Shown in pieces: positions 1-10,033 of a stretch of DNA of 64,000 bases. The DNA is taken from contig CAYSGM010000001.1 in assembly GCA_964430595.1 (NCBI GenBank), positions 12,689-76,688 on the forward strand. Reading direction: 5' to 3'. The position numbers and the translations under genes were made by a program. Source of the stretch: an uncultured Candidatus Cloacimonas sp. Lineage in GTDB: Bacteria; Cloacimonadota; Cloacimonadia; Cloacimonadales; Cloacimonadaceae. Below the pieces are notes generated by a model. It saw nothing but the letters and a program-made list of their open reading frames with translations. It was not told the DNA's origin and made no database searches. Within the stretch, counting starts at the first letter, position 1. The number at the start of each line of letters is the position of its first letter.

Positions 1-75
1 CGTTTATTGCTTGTAGTTATGTTTGAAATGACTCTTTGGCACAAATACAGGGATAACTTGGATTGTGAGGTAATA

Positions 76-2886
76 ATGAAGGCAATGGTATTAGTTCTGT
101 TGGTTATAACATGCGGCTTGTTAACGGCAGTGATAAGCCCCTTCTCCTTGGTTGGCGAAGGCAACTTTGCCGGAAAAATGGGAGCTTATGTAAGCGGGGA
201 TACAATTACGTTCGTTACCAAACCGCCTATCCCCAATACAATCCGGTATCATTACAGTTTTAATGGGGGAGTAACCTGGCAAACAACGGATATCATTCCC
301 TTTCAAAACGATGATTTCTTTACTCCCACCCTATCACACAGCCTGGATGAGACCATCGTATCCTTCAAAAGAGGACAAGGAAACTGGTTAGCTATATCTG
401 ATGATGGCGAGACATTTGGTGATCTTAGGCATCTGCCGTCAAACTCATTCGACCCAAGCCCCTATGTTGAAAAGTGCAATGGACAGTACAAAAGCTTTTC
501 GCTTGATTTACCCTACCCGGAAAAGATTGTGGTGGATGGAGAAACGCGGGAGTTCCCAGGTATCCATCGGGATGATCCCGATGAGTTTATAGCACCATTT
601 CACTATACAGATTCTGAAACAAACCCCGAAGTAGAACCTGAGTATTTTACGGGAACTGATGTTATCAACGGCATTGTGCGGACAAATCAGAATTTATATA
701 TAAAACTAACCGACGAGGGGACTAACTTAGGTTGGCCTATTTTTAACAGCCCAGTTGTGATAGGTGGGCATGTAGTTAGTACCCCACCCGATTACCCCAG
801 AGACATGGTTTTTCGGGGAGGGTTGATAGAAAACTCTCCACCGATGGAGCTTGGAGCAGCTATCCCTCCAAGTGGTCATCTACATTCTGTGGGTCCTCCA
901 ACATATGATCCTAACACAATAATTATGGTGAATGTCCAAGGTACCGGATACACAGCCATGATGGGAAGAATTAGTATGCCACGGAGAGTTTTTACTGATG
1001 TCTGGCCTACCTATCCTGAAGGTTACCCTTATGTTACGCCCACTTTCCGTAACAACTTTACTGTTTGCGACACAGTGTGGACACATTTAGGCGGAGGGAC
1101 ATCTTGTGGACGCATAAACTATGTTAACAACAAGCTTTGGATAAGGGGGACATTTCAAGGTAACCAGACATGGTGGTCATCACAAGATATTGAGCTAATT
1201 GGAGATATTACTATCTCCGGCACCTTCCCTCCGGACGACCCATATTATAACAGGAACTCAATGGTAAATCTTGTCTCTGATAAAAACATTATCGTAAAAT
1301 ATGGGTATAGAGACCCATGTGATTCACTACGTTACCACCCGAACGTTGGTGCGGATGGCGATTATGAGGCACCTGCGGGTGGAGGGATATGGATATATGC
1401 TTCGCTTTACGCTATGGGGTATGTGGGTGGTGATCCCGCCCAAGATGGGGTCTTTACTTTTGAATACCAGCACCCTCACCCTTCTGTTCCGGCTGCATGG
1501 TATAGTATTCCCGATGAAGATTTGGGTTTGTTTGAGTGGATAGACTTGCACCGGAATCGTTATCCACAAACAATATCTCAACCCTGGCCTGCTAATATAG
1601 ACTATCCTTGGTATAACCCCCTATGGCCTGAAGCAAAGCCATATTTAGAGAGGGGAACAGTAAATGTTTGGGGCTCTGTGTTCCAGCGGAGACGGGGAAT
1701 TATGCATCGTGATTACGATGGTAATGGGAATGGCAGTTGGAATTTTGATATGGGTTCTTATGGGGGATCATCGTCACCCGAGTTAGGTTATGTAGATCCT
1801 GCATTAGGGGTTGAATTAAGAACCAGAAACTATCCTGGGGCTGAGGGTAATGGGATTGGCTATAAAAAGAACTATAACCCCGACAAACGGTCAAAACTAA
1901 GTTTTGGGCTGGACGCAAATGATGCTGCAAGCATCTGGAACCTGGGGTTGAATTTAAGCAATTACAATGCTCTGTATGGGGAAATGGAGAGCTATTATAA
2001 GCTGCCTTATGCACGGGTTCCTCATGAAAAGTGCTTTGCCCGCAAAGGGGAAAGGGCTTATTACAGCATAAGCGATCAATTGATATATGCCGATGATGAT
2101 GCAGTAACCGATATCTCAGGCTTATCTTTCGGAGATGGGGTCATAAGGAGCATAGCCATAAAACCGGATTCATCACCATTTATATGTCAGCTGGCGGTTG
2201 TCGATAGCATGTATAATATGACTGTGAAGGACATAGATGCTGCTACCGAAGAGGTGAACTATGAGCATAGCTTCACAGTGCCGACCATGATCAATGATGT
2301 ATGCGTGTTGCCAAACGGGCGCAGATTGATGGCTAAGTTTCAGAGCCCGAATACGATTGGCTTGTGGGAGATTACTCCATTTCTTCCACTTAATAATTTA
2401 GATAACTGGCAGATTGATGCTACGTTGATACCATCTGCCGATGTGCTAAAAACAAGCCGTTTATACATGCTGCCGTCAGGTAACAGCAGAGTGGAAGTAT
2501 TTTTCTATATACCTGCTGATACTGCCGATTCGAATGCCAATGGAGCTTTGTATCATGCCTACGCCAACTTCCCTGTTAGCAATGAAGATTACACTGTGCC
2601 AGCTGCACCGGCAGTTAAGTTCACAGCATACCCAAATCCTATGCGTGGAGAGCTGAAGCTACAAGTGGAAAATGCCAAAGCAGCTTCGCTTAGCATTGAT
2701 GTGTATAACATAAAGGGACAACTTGTACGTGGCATCCCCCTTGCCGCCCAAGCCGATAATGCCAAGATCGAATACACTTGGAACGGAACCGACGGGAATA
2801 ATCAGAGAGTGGCTAATGGGGTATATATGCTCAGGCTGATGGTGAATGATAAAGCAGTTGTAACCAAACGGATTTGTAGGTATTAA
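76..2886 (+). CDS. Secreted multidomain protein: signal peptide, BNR-like N-region, central domain paralogous to the PilX-like pilin (12834-14792), C-terminal T9SS-type/FlgD-Ig sorting domain
   Basis: ATG 76 after GAGG; hydrophobic N-terminus; SFNGGVTW/SDDGETF Asp-box-like motifs; C-terminal YPNP...VYNIKGQLV...WNGTD...NGVY; internal similarity to the 12834-14792 protein. Confidence 0.8.
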   Translation: MKAMVLVLLVITCGLLTAVISPFSLVGEGNFAGKMGAYVSGDTITFVTKPPIPNTIRYHYSFNGGVTWQTTDIIPFQNDDFFTPTLSHSLDETIVSFKRGQGNWLAISDDGETFGDLRHLPSNSFDPSPYVEKCNGQYKSFSLDLPYPEKIVVDGETREFPGIHRDDPDEFIAPFHYTDSETNPEVEPEYFTGTDVINGIVRTNQNLYIKLTDEGTNLGWPIFNSPVVIGGHVVSTPPDYPRDMVFRGGLIENSPPMELGAAIPPSGHLHSVGPPTYDPNTIIMVNVQGTGYTAMMGRISMPRRVFTDVWPTYPEGYPYVTPTFRNNFTVCDTVWTHLGGGTSCGRINYVNNKLWIRGTFQGNQTWWSSQDIELIGDITISGTFPPDDPYYNRNSMVNLVSDKNIIVKYGYRDPCDSLRYHPNVGADGDYEAPAGGGIWIYASLYAMGYVGGDPAQDGVFTFEYQHPHPSVPAAWYSIPDEDLGLFEWIDLHRNRYPQTISQPWPANIDYPWYNPLWPEAKPYLERGTVNVWGSVFQRRRGIMHRDYDGNGNGSWNFDMGSYGGSSSPELGYVDPALGVELRTRNYPGAEGNGIGYKKNYNPDKRSKLSFGLDANDAASIWNLGLNLSNYNALYGEMESYYKLPYARVPHEKCFARKGERAYYSISDQLIYADDDAVTDISGLSFGDGVIRSIAIKPDSSPFICQLAVVDSMYNMTVKDIDAATEEVNYEHSFTVPTMINDVCVLPNGRRLMAKFQSPNTIGLWEITPFLPLNNLDNWQIDATLIPSADVLKTSRLYMLPSGNSRVEVFFYIPADTADSNANGALYHAYANFPVSNEDYTVPAAPAVKFTAYPNPMRGELKLQVENAKAASLSIDVYNIKGQLVRGIPLAAQADNAKIEYTWNGTDGNNQRVANGVYMLRLMVNDKAVVTKRICRY

Positions 2887-2893
2887 TACTGCC

Positions 2894-2997
2894 GTAGCAT
2901 AGTTTTTCAAGCTGTTGTAAGGTCGGGTTTGTTACCCGACCTTTCTTATCTGAGGTAAAAAAACCTCAGGTTACAACAGGACACAATCCTATGCTAC
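2894..2997. repeat. GTAG-ended nested palindrome (REPIN-like)
   Basis: GTAGCATAG(2894)/CTATGCTAC(2989); CTGTTGTAA(2912)/TTACAACAG(2971); two inner hairpins 2921-2941 and 2950-2969. Confidence 0.6.
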
Positions 2998-3000
2998 AAT

Positions 3001-3033
3001 GCAAAAGCCCGAAGCTAATGCTTCGGGCTTTGC
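3001..3033. terminator. Intrinsic terminator between convergent genes (end of pil operon)
   Basis: AAAGCCCGAAGC-TAAT-GCTTCGGGCTTT hairpin. Confidence 0.75.
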
Positions 3034-3077
3034 TTAATAATGTGTTGGTTACTGATTGTTTATTACTGCTACGCGCC

Positions 3078-4331
3078 TTATTTCATACCCTGAGAGATAG
3101 CTTCACCGAGATCGAAAATGGGCAGGTAGATAACCACAATAATGGTTCCCACCACCACCGCCATCATCACGATGAGTGCCGGCTCGATAAGAGATGTAAG
3201 GCGGTCTATAACAGAATCCACCAGCTTCTCGTAGAACTGCGCGGCTTTACCAAGCAGTTTGTCCATATCACCGGTTTCTTCGCCAGTGGAGATCATTTGC
3301 AGCAGAGTAGGAGGGAACATGCCGGTGCGGCGGAACGAATTCGCCACTCCATAACCTTCCTTAACCATAACTCTGGCTTTGCGGACGGCACCTTCCACCA
3401 CTGCATTTTGCACCACGTTTTCAGTAAGCTCCATTGTGTCCATAATAGGCACGCCGGCAGCCATCAGAATGCTGAAGGTGCGGGAGAACTTGCTCATAAT
3501 GGAGTTGTTTATCACAGCACCGATAACGGGAATCTTCAGCTTCATGGAGTCTATAATGTAACGTCCACGATCCGTAAGGTATAGCAAAAACAATCCGAAC
3601 AAAGCTACAATACCCAGCAGAACAGTGCTGAATGCATTGTTTACAATAAAGTTACTGGTATTGATAGCAATAACAGTGGGAGCAGGAAGATCAGCATCAA
3701 AATCCGCATAAACGGCAGCAAAGAGGGGGATAATCCAATAGAACATCACCCAGACCACCAGAATCAGGAAGCACAGCATAAACACCGGATAAGCCATGGC
3801 ACTGGTAACCTTACGGCGGGTATCCTCTATCTTTTCCAGATAGTCCGATAATTCATCCAAAACCGTATGCAAGGTACCGGAAACTTCACCGGCTTTAACA
3901 AGTGCCACATATAGTGGATTGAACACACCGGGATGCTGTTCCATAGCTTCGGATAGAGAGAAACCCTTGCGGATATCATCGGACAGTTTGCGCAATACCT
4001 TGGCAAACTTCTTGTTCTTCTCTTCTTTCTCGAGGTCTGTTATGGCTTTCTCGATGGTTAAACCAGCAGAAAACATGGTGGAAAGCTGGCGTGTGAAAAA
4101 CACAAGCGTCTTTAAGCTTACTCCGGTGCGGATTTTGTATATGGTAAGCATCAGCTTGTCAAAAAGCGACATCTTACCCTTGAAAGCTCCTTCTGCAGCA
4201 GCTTTCACGCTGATGATGGTGCTCCCTTCCTTGGCAAGCTTATCCACAGCCATATCGAGAGTATCGGCTTTAATCATACCCTCTATTCTGGCACCCTTAG
4301 CATCCTTAACAATATAGGCAAAAGTTGGCAT
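3078..4331 (-). CDS. pilC: Type IV pilus platform protein PilC (GspF family)
   Basis: FTRQLSTMFSAG, GEVSGTL, GEETGDM, SLIEP motifs; three TM segments. Confidence 0.93.
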   Translation of the reverse strand: MPTFAYIVKDAKGARIEGMIKADTLDMAVDKLAKEGSTIISVKAAAEGAFKGKMSLFDKLMLTIYKIRTGVSLKTLVFFTRQLSTMFSAGLTIEKAITDLEKEEKNKKFAKVLRKLSDDIRKGFSLSEAMEQHPGVFNPLYVALVKAGEVSGTLHTVLDELSDYLEKIEDTRRKVTSAMAYPVFMLCFLILVVWVMFYWIIPLFAAVYADFDADLPAPTVIAINTSNFIVNNAFSTVLLGIVALFGLFLLYLTDRGRYIIDSMKLKIPVIGAVINNSIMSKFSRTFSILMAAGVPIMDTMELTENVVQNAVVEGAVRKARVMVKEGYGVANSFRRTGMFPPTLLQMISTGEETGDMDKLLGKAAQFYEKLVDSVIDRLTSLIEPALIVMMAVVVGTIIVVIYLPIFDLGEAISQGMK

Positions 4332-4351
4332 ATCGGCTTTCCTTTAAAAAA

Positions 4352-4417
4352 TAGGTTTCAGGTTACAGGTTGCAGGTCGTAACGGAGCAATTCCACTAGC
4401 ACCTGAAACCTGAAACC
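4352..4417. repeat. Inverted heptamer (AGGTTNC) tandem repeats between pilB and pilC
   Basis: aggtttc-aggttac-aggttgc-aggtcgt facing acctgaa-acctgaa-acc. Confidence 0.7.
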
Positions 4418-4424
4418 ACATTTA

Positions 4425-6134
4425 TTATTCTACCACGGTCATCTTTATGACTTCGCGGATGGTGGTGATACCACGTAACATTTTGGACATTGCGGCATCG
4501 TGCAAGGTGCGCATACCGGCATTAATAGCAGCTTCGCGAATGAGATCCTGATTGCCGCCCTGGAAAATCAGGCTGCGGATTTCGGGAGTAACGGTAAGCA
4601 GTTCGAAGATACCTTCACGACCTGAGAAACCGGTATTATCACAATGAACGCAACCGGAACCCATTTTGAAGTTTACCTTGGCTGCCTCTTCCGGAGGCAA
4701 ACCACTGTCTTTAATCTCCTGTTCGGTAGGCTTGTAATCTTTTATGCAGTACTTGCATATCTTACGAACCAGACGCTGTGCCATTACCAGAGAAAGTGAT
4801 GAACCCACCAGGTATGGTTTGATACCTATATCGATAAGACGGGTAATGGTGGAAGGTGCATCATTTGCGTGCAGGGTAGAGAACACAAGGTGACCGGTAA
4901 GAGAAAACTTGATGGCGATATCGGCGGTTTCTTCATCACGAATTTCACCAATAAGCACGATATCTGGATCCTGACGCAGCACTGAGCGTAATGCAGAACC
5001 GAAGGTAAGACCTATTTGCTCTTTAGTTTCTATCTGGGTGATTCCTTCCAAACGGTATTCTACGGGGTCTTCCACGGTGATGATATTGGTTTCTATATCC
5101 TCAATTTCCTTTAGGGCAGCGTGGAGCGAGGTGGATTTACCGCTACCGGTGGGACCGGATACGATAATAATACCATAGGGACGGCGGATGATCTTTTTGA
5201 AGATATCCATATCGGTAGATTCAAAACCGAGAGTAGTTAGCTTGAAGCCAAATTCTCCCTTATCAAGGAGACGCATCACTACCTTCTCACCTAATACGGT
5301 AGGAGTGATGGATACACGAACGTCAACGCTCTTTACGGAGGTTTTTAGGGATATATGTCCATCCTGGGGTAGGCGTCTTTCTGCAATGTTCAGCTTACTC
5401 ATCACCTTGATGATGGATATCACGCCGGGATGCATGCCGATAGGAGGAGTCATAACCTCACGTAAGGCTCCGTCAACACGGTAGCGAATACGGGTAGTCT
5501 TTAACAGCGGTTCGATGTGAATATCGGTAGCTCCGGCTTTGATTGCTTCGTTGATGATAAGATTTACGAGCTTTACGACAGGAGCTTCTGCATCTGCGGA
5601 AGCAGCCGCGATAGTAATTTCGTTCTCATCTTCATCTACTGCTACAAAATCGAACCCACCCACTGCATCTTCCACTTGAGAGGTGGTACGAATGCTCTTG
5701 TAATACTTCTCGATTGTATCATGTAGAACACTGTCACCGATAAGTTCAGGTTTGATGTTCTTTCCAAGCAGTTTTTTCAAGCTATCCAGAACAGTTAGGT
5801 TTTCGGGATCGGCTAAGGCAACTACAATGCCATCACCTTCTTCGCGAAGGGCAATAACTCTGTTTTCTAATGCATAGGGTTCTGGGATTAAGCATACAAT
5901 GCTGAGGTCGAGATCCATTAGTTCGTGCTCGTCCACAATGTCGTAACCAAGCTGAAGATTCAAAGCTACTAAAAGCTCCCGCTCCGTTACATAGCCTAAC
6001 TTTATGAGGGTATCACCCAGTTTTAGTCCAAAATTCCCCTGCTTTACAAGTGCTTCCTTAACGTGATCTTCGGTAACGTAAGCCTCGTGCACAAGAACTT
6101 CGCCTATCCGGGCAAACTGTGGGTTAAAAGTCAT
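4425..6134 (-). CDS. pilB: Type IV pilus extension ATPase PilB (GspE/PulE family)
   Basis: MshEN-like RIGEVL/KLGDTL N-terminus, GPTGSGKST Walker A, LRQDPD, GHLVFSTLH, tetracysteine CKYC/CVHC; ATG 6134 after AAGGAA. Confidence 0.93.
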   Translation of the reverse strand: MTFNPQFARIGEVLVHEAYVTEDHVKEALVKQGNFGLKLGDTLIKLGYVTERELLVALNLQLGYDIVDEHELMDLDLSIVCLIPEPYALENRVIALREEGDGIVVALADPENLTVLDSLKKLLGKNIKPELIGDSVLHDTIEKYYKSIRTTSQVEDAVGGFDFVAVDEDENEITIAAASADAEAPVVKLVNLIINEAIKAGATDIHIEPLLKTTRIRYRVDGALREVMTPPIGMHPGVISIIKVMSKLNIAERRLPQDGHISLKTSVKSVDVRVSITPTVLGEKVVMRLLDKGEFGFKLTTLGFESTDMDIFKKIIRRPYGIIIVSGPTGSGKSTSLHAALKEIEDIETNIITVEDPVEYRLEGITQIETKEQIGLTFGSALRSVLRQDPDIVLIGEIRDEETADIAIKFSLTGHLVFSTLHANDAPSTITRLIDIGIKPYLVGSSLSLVMAQRLVRKICKYCIKDYKPTEQEIKDSGLPPEEAAKVNFKMGSGCVHCDNTGFSGREGIFELLTVTPEIRSLIFQGGNQDLIREAAINAGMRTLHDAAMSKMLRGITTIREVIKMTVVE

Positions 6135-6182
6135 TATAAATTCCTTTTTAGAATTCTCATTATGTTCACTAAAGATCAATTC

Positions 6183-6210
6183 GCTAACGGGCTGTTTCCA
6201 ACCCGTTAGC
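6183..6210 (-). other. Intra-operon hairpin before pilB
   Basis: GCTAACGGG...CCCGTTAGC 9-bp inverted repeat with weak U-tail. Confidence 0.5.
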
Positions 6211-6233
6211 AATATTGGTCTGCTATTCTTTTA

Positions 6234-8552
6234 TTACCAAGGAGCAGTGCCGGGATAGCGGAATAATGCTACAGAAGTATTGGATTGAACCGCAGTACCA
6301 AGTATTCTACCGGTAATAAGTCCCTCAGCCGTACCTGGTTGTAATGTATCTGGATCAGGTAACTGAATCTCGTTTGCTTTAAATGATATACGTCCACGGG
6401 CAATACCTTCGTTATTGGTTATTATCCGCCAAGGTAAAGGTGGGTTATCCGGATACAATCCCAGCCCTTCAATTCCCTGGATCTCAACAAACTGACCCCG
6501 GGTTGTGAGGAGCATAATAATGGCATCCTTGATAGCAAGCCCCTGACCATCAGTTAAGACAGCGTAAATGTCACTTGATTTTTCCTGATACACATAATTC
6601 GGGTTAGGGGGGTTACCTGCATTGTTTTCGTTGAAATACAAAGCTGCCGGCTGAGATTGAATTTCGAAGCGAGGATCATTCAGAGGAAGTGTCACTGGCG
6701 CTGTACCATAGTTTTCAGCACAATTCGCACGAATAATGATCGATTGGTTCGTCAATGTACCACTATAAGTAAAGGTAGTGTATGCCACACCGGCAAGGGA
6801 ATCACCATTTGCGCTCACATTGCCAACAAAAGCTTCAGCACCAATCTGGCAATCAGGGGCACCTAAAGTGTTTTCCAGCTCGAACCACACCGCAGTACCT
6901 TTATCGACAGGGTTGTTATGAATGTCTTTCACCACTGCACCGGCAATTATGCGCCATAAACCGCCACCCATATTAGTTCCAGTATTGAATCCACCGATAA
7001 ATGGGATAATACCATTGGGGAATGGAGCAGGGGGTCCGGCATGAATAATGATATTGGTCTTTAAGGAAAACACATACCTGAATTGTTGTGCAAGAGGGTC
7101 CCATTTAGTTATGGAAGCCTTGATTGTTAACATACCGGAAGCAGTGCCGCTATTTACAGATATCTGTGCCTCACCCCCGTTGGAGATTACCAAAACTGAA
7201 TCTTGTAAATTAAGATTATTATTCAGATTTGCACCTGCTGGAACATTGCCATTAACAATCTTAAAATACACAGAGTCTGCTGAGTTTATCAAATTGCCGT
7301 TGATATCTCTGAGTTTAACCCGTAAAATGGCGGATTGAAGTCCACCGGTATTGGCTACATTTAGGTTTATCTGATCAGATTGTGTGAAGCTGATTGAATG
7401 AATCTGATCGGAAGTAACATTAAAGATAGTACTTGCAACAAGTGTATCTCCATTGGCAGTAGCCTGTATCATCGCTGCTCCGGCAGATAAGCCAGGAGTG
7501 AACCGAACAGCTGCGACACCAGCAGTGTCGGTATTAATTCTCACTAACTGGGTGGTATTTAGGAATGAACCAAGATCAGTGGTAAATTTTACTGATCGTT
7601 GGGGGCAATCATTGTTAAACACATCAGTAAGATGAGCTTTCATAGTAATATGGTTCAAGCTGCTAACATCACTACTGTAAGATTCAACTTCTTCATCACC
7701 ATCCTGAACCCATGCTGTTAATAGAATATTAGATGGATTTCCGGGAGAGATAATTACATCTCTTGCTCCAAATACAGTTCCAATAGAGGCTTTGATGTTT
7801 TCGTTGGTAGCCCCGGGCGAAGTAGTAGAGGTTGTCCACGAGCTATATCGGACTGCTGCAACACCATTGAATGTTTGGGCTACTGTTGTTTTACCAAGTT
7901 CATTACCTGCAGAATCTACGAATCTACCCTTTTGACATTCGAACGTAACCAGAGTATTGTTAGGAACTATTTGACCGATGTTATTAAGTGGTTTTGCAGT
8001 AATGGGAATAATTTGCATCACTTTCATACTATAAGGTTCGCCGGGATATGTTTCTTCTTTGGGAAGATTTAGATTTATAGAGGCAATCGGAGGAATCGGT
8101 TTGATTTCCACCATGATTGAATCAGTACTGGATGCAACGAGAGAATCTGTTACACTTGCAGAATATTTACGCACCACAGCGAATATCTTTGCCCAGCCCA
8201 CGTCACCATCATCCCAGAAGGTTGTTCTGGCTACACCGGTGCTATCGGTAAGAACGCTTGTTAGCACACGACCTTTGTCAGTTTTGAATTGAACTATCTG
8301 GTTGAAAACACCAAAGTTCTCGCCATCTTTCACTTCCACACCAATAGTGGAGTATGTGATGTTATTATCCTGATAGATAAACTCCGGTTCTGCCCAGATG
8401 CGGGTAATTGTCCGTAATTCAGACAATGGTGCAGGAGCAGGAACCCCGGGAATAATTGGGGGCGGGTTTCTTTTATCGCAACTTGCGGTAAAACTAACCA
8501 TGATGATTAGCATCATGATTAGAATAGGCATCATCGAATTAAACTTTCGCAT
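6234..8552 (-). CDS. Lipoprotein with tandem invasin/intimin-like (Big_1) Ig domains
   Basis: Lipobox FTASC; repeated VxFxTDxG and TD.xGVA motifs (about six units). Confidence 0.7.
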   Translation of the reverse strand: MRKFNSMMPILIMMLIIMVSFTASCDKRNPPPIIPGVPAPAPLSELRTITRIWAEPEFIYQDNNITYSTIGVEVKDGENFGVFNQIVQFKTDKGRVLTSVLTDSTGVARTTFWDDGDVGWAKIFAVVRKYSASVTDSLVASSTDSIMVEIKPIPPIASINLNLPKEETYPGEPYSMKVMQIIPITAKPLNNIGQIVPNNTLVTFECQKGRFVDSAGNELGKTTVAQTFNGVAAVRYSSWTTSTTSPGATNENIKASIGTVFGARDVIISPGNPSNILLTAWVQDGDEEVESYSSDVSSLNHITMKAHLTDVFNNDCPQRSVKFTTDLGSFLNTTQLVRINTDTAGVAAVRFTPGLSAGAAMIQATANGDTLVASTIFNVTSDQIHSISFTQSDQINLNVANTGGLQSAILRVKLRDINGNLINSADSVYFKIVNGNVPAGANLNNNLNLQDSVLVISNGGEAQISVNSGTASGMLTIKASITKWDPLAQQFRYVFSLKTNIIIHAGPPAPFPNGIIPFIGGFNTGTNMGGGLWRIIAGAVVKDIHNNPVDKGTAVWFELENTLGAPDCQIGAEAFVGNVSANGDSLAGVAYTTFTYSGTLTNQSIIIRANCAENYGTAPVTLPLNDPRFEIQSQPAALYFNENNAGNPPNPNYVYQEKSSDIYAVLTDGQGLAIKDAIIMLLTTRGQFVEIQGIEGLGLYPDNPPLPWRIITNNEGIARGRISFKANEIQLPDPDTLQPGTAEGLITGRILGTAVQSNTSVALFRYPGTAPW

Positions 8553-10007
8553 TTAATTTTCCTCCTCTTGGTCTTCAAACTCAATGAGGGTTTTTGTAAG
8601 GCGTTTGTCCAGCTTAAGCTCTGGAGTGGTAGCATTCATCGATACGAGGCGGGGGGTGATCTCAATAATCAAATCTGTGTTCTCTACCACTTCATAGCGG
8701 TGCTGGAAGATTTTTCCAACGAAAGGAAGATCCCCAAGGAAGGGGAGCTTGTTTGTCTTCTGCATAATACTGGAGTTCAACAAACCACCAACGATTATCT
8801 TGTGTTCGTTAGGAACCGTAACGGTAGAGGTTATCCGACGTACTTTGGAACGGGGAACATATCCTCCTACCAATTCAGTAATGGAGCTAACCTCAGGATT
8901 AATCACCATAGTGATGTTTCCGTCTTTGTTTACTTTGGGAGTCACTTTCAGCATAATACCGACTTCGGAACGTTCCACCTGGATTTGTTTTTCCTGATCT
9001 GTAACCACGAAGGGGACTACTTCACCAATGTGCATCTCTGCAAGTTCTCCATTAAGAGCGGTGACTCTGGTGTCAGTTAATAACTGGGCTGCATTGTTTT
9101 CTAATAGCCAATCGATAGTAACATCAAAAGCAGTTAACTGTCTGCTGAAATGTCCCACATCATCTAAACCATTGATTCTTTGGAAGTATTGCTCATCCGG
9201 CACAACCCCGAAATCATTGGGATTGCCATGAGGAAGATATCCTGTTGGATCAGAATAATCGTAAGGTAAGCCTGCTCCGGCAGCGTTAATGGGATCTTCC
9301 GCAAGGATTGTGGTTAAGTGATTGAGCCTGCTCCAATCTATCCCATACTTCTTGGCATTGGACAGATGGACTTCAATGAGCCTAACACGAATCTCAACCT
9401 GATCCTGTTGGGAGTCGATGGAAGCTATAAGCTCTTTAACATCCTTGAAAGAATCTGGGTTGCCATATATCATAATGGCATTCTGCCCTTCAAGAGGCGT
9501 GATTTTCATGCCGGTGTTTTGCAAGGAATCACTGACTTTCTTAGAATCCAGGTTATTAAGGAAGATGATATCACTACGTTCGCCAACTTCCTCCATAATG
9601 TTTTGCTTCTGTCCAACCAGGAAAGTATGTCCCCCAATAACACGGTAGGAATACCCCACAGAACGTGCAACTAAAGAAACCGCAGTCTCAATCCCAACAT
9701 CTTTAATGTTGATAGTAACTCTGGGCTCTTCACTTTTCTCTCCAGCACCTGTACTAGCTCCAGGTCCTGCCTGAGAAGAGTTTGTACCACCGCCGTTTTG
9801 ATCTACGGCAACAACAATGTTTGTTCCGCTGAGGCGGGAAAGGGCTTTAATAACAGACGATAAAGTTGCATCATCTGCAGAAAAGGTTACTTTGGCATCC
9901 AAAACAGGATTCCTGCTTACCTGAGCATTAAGCAAAGATATGCCTAGTAACATCACAAAAACGATGGTTACAACCAGATAACGCTTTGATAAAAGCATGT
10001 GTTTCAT
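8553..10007 (-). CDS. pilQ: Secretin PilQ (compact)
   Basis: C-terminal secretin signature IVGGL...KLPFLGDLPFVGKIF...LIIEITPR; follows pilMNOP. Confidence 0.88.
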   Translation of the reverse strand: MKHMLLSKRYLVVTIVFVMLLGISLLNAQVSRNPVLDAKVTFSADDATLSSVIKALSRLSGTNIVVAVDQNGGGTNSSQAGPGASTGAGEKSEEPRVTINIKDVGIETAVSLVARSVGYSYRVIGGHTFLVGQKQNIMEEVGERSDIIFLNNLDSKKVSDSLQNTGMKITPLEGQNAIMIYGNPDSFKDVKELIASIDSQQDQVEIRVRLIEVHLSNAKKYGIDWSRLNHLTTILAEDPINAAGAGLPYDYSDPTGYLPHGNPNDFGVVPDEQYFQRINGLDDVGHFSRQLTAFDVTIDWLLENNAAQLLTDTRVTALNGELAEMHIGEVVPFVVTDQEKQIQVERSEVGIMLKVTPKVNKDGNITMVINPEVSSITELVGGYVPRSKVRRITSTVTVPNEHKIIVGGLLNSSIMQKTNKLPFLGDLPFVGKIFQHRYEVVENTDLIIEITPRLVSMNATTPELKLDKRLTKTLIEFEDQEEEN

Positions 10008-10033
10008 ATTTACTCCCAGTATCATATTAATAT

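Noticed and set aside
7..75. Upstream TTG extension of the first ORF
   Set aside because: ATG 76 has an RBS and begins a clean signal peptide.
2991..3584. 197-aa His-rich ORF and the other antisense ORFs over pil, bat and housekeeping genes
   Set aside because: Shadow frames opposite well-supported genes, with no recognisable motifs.
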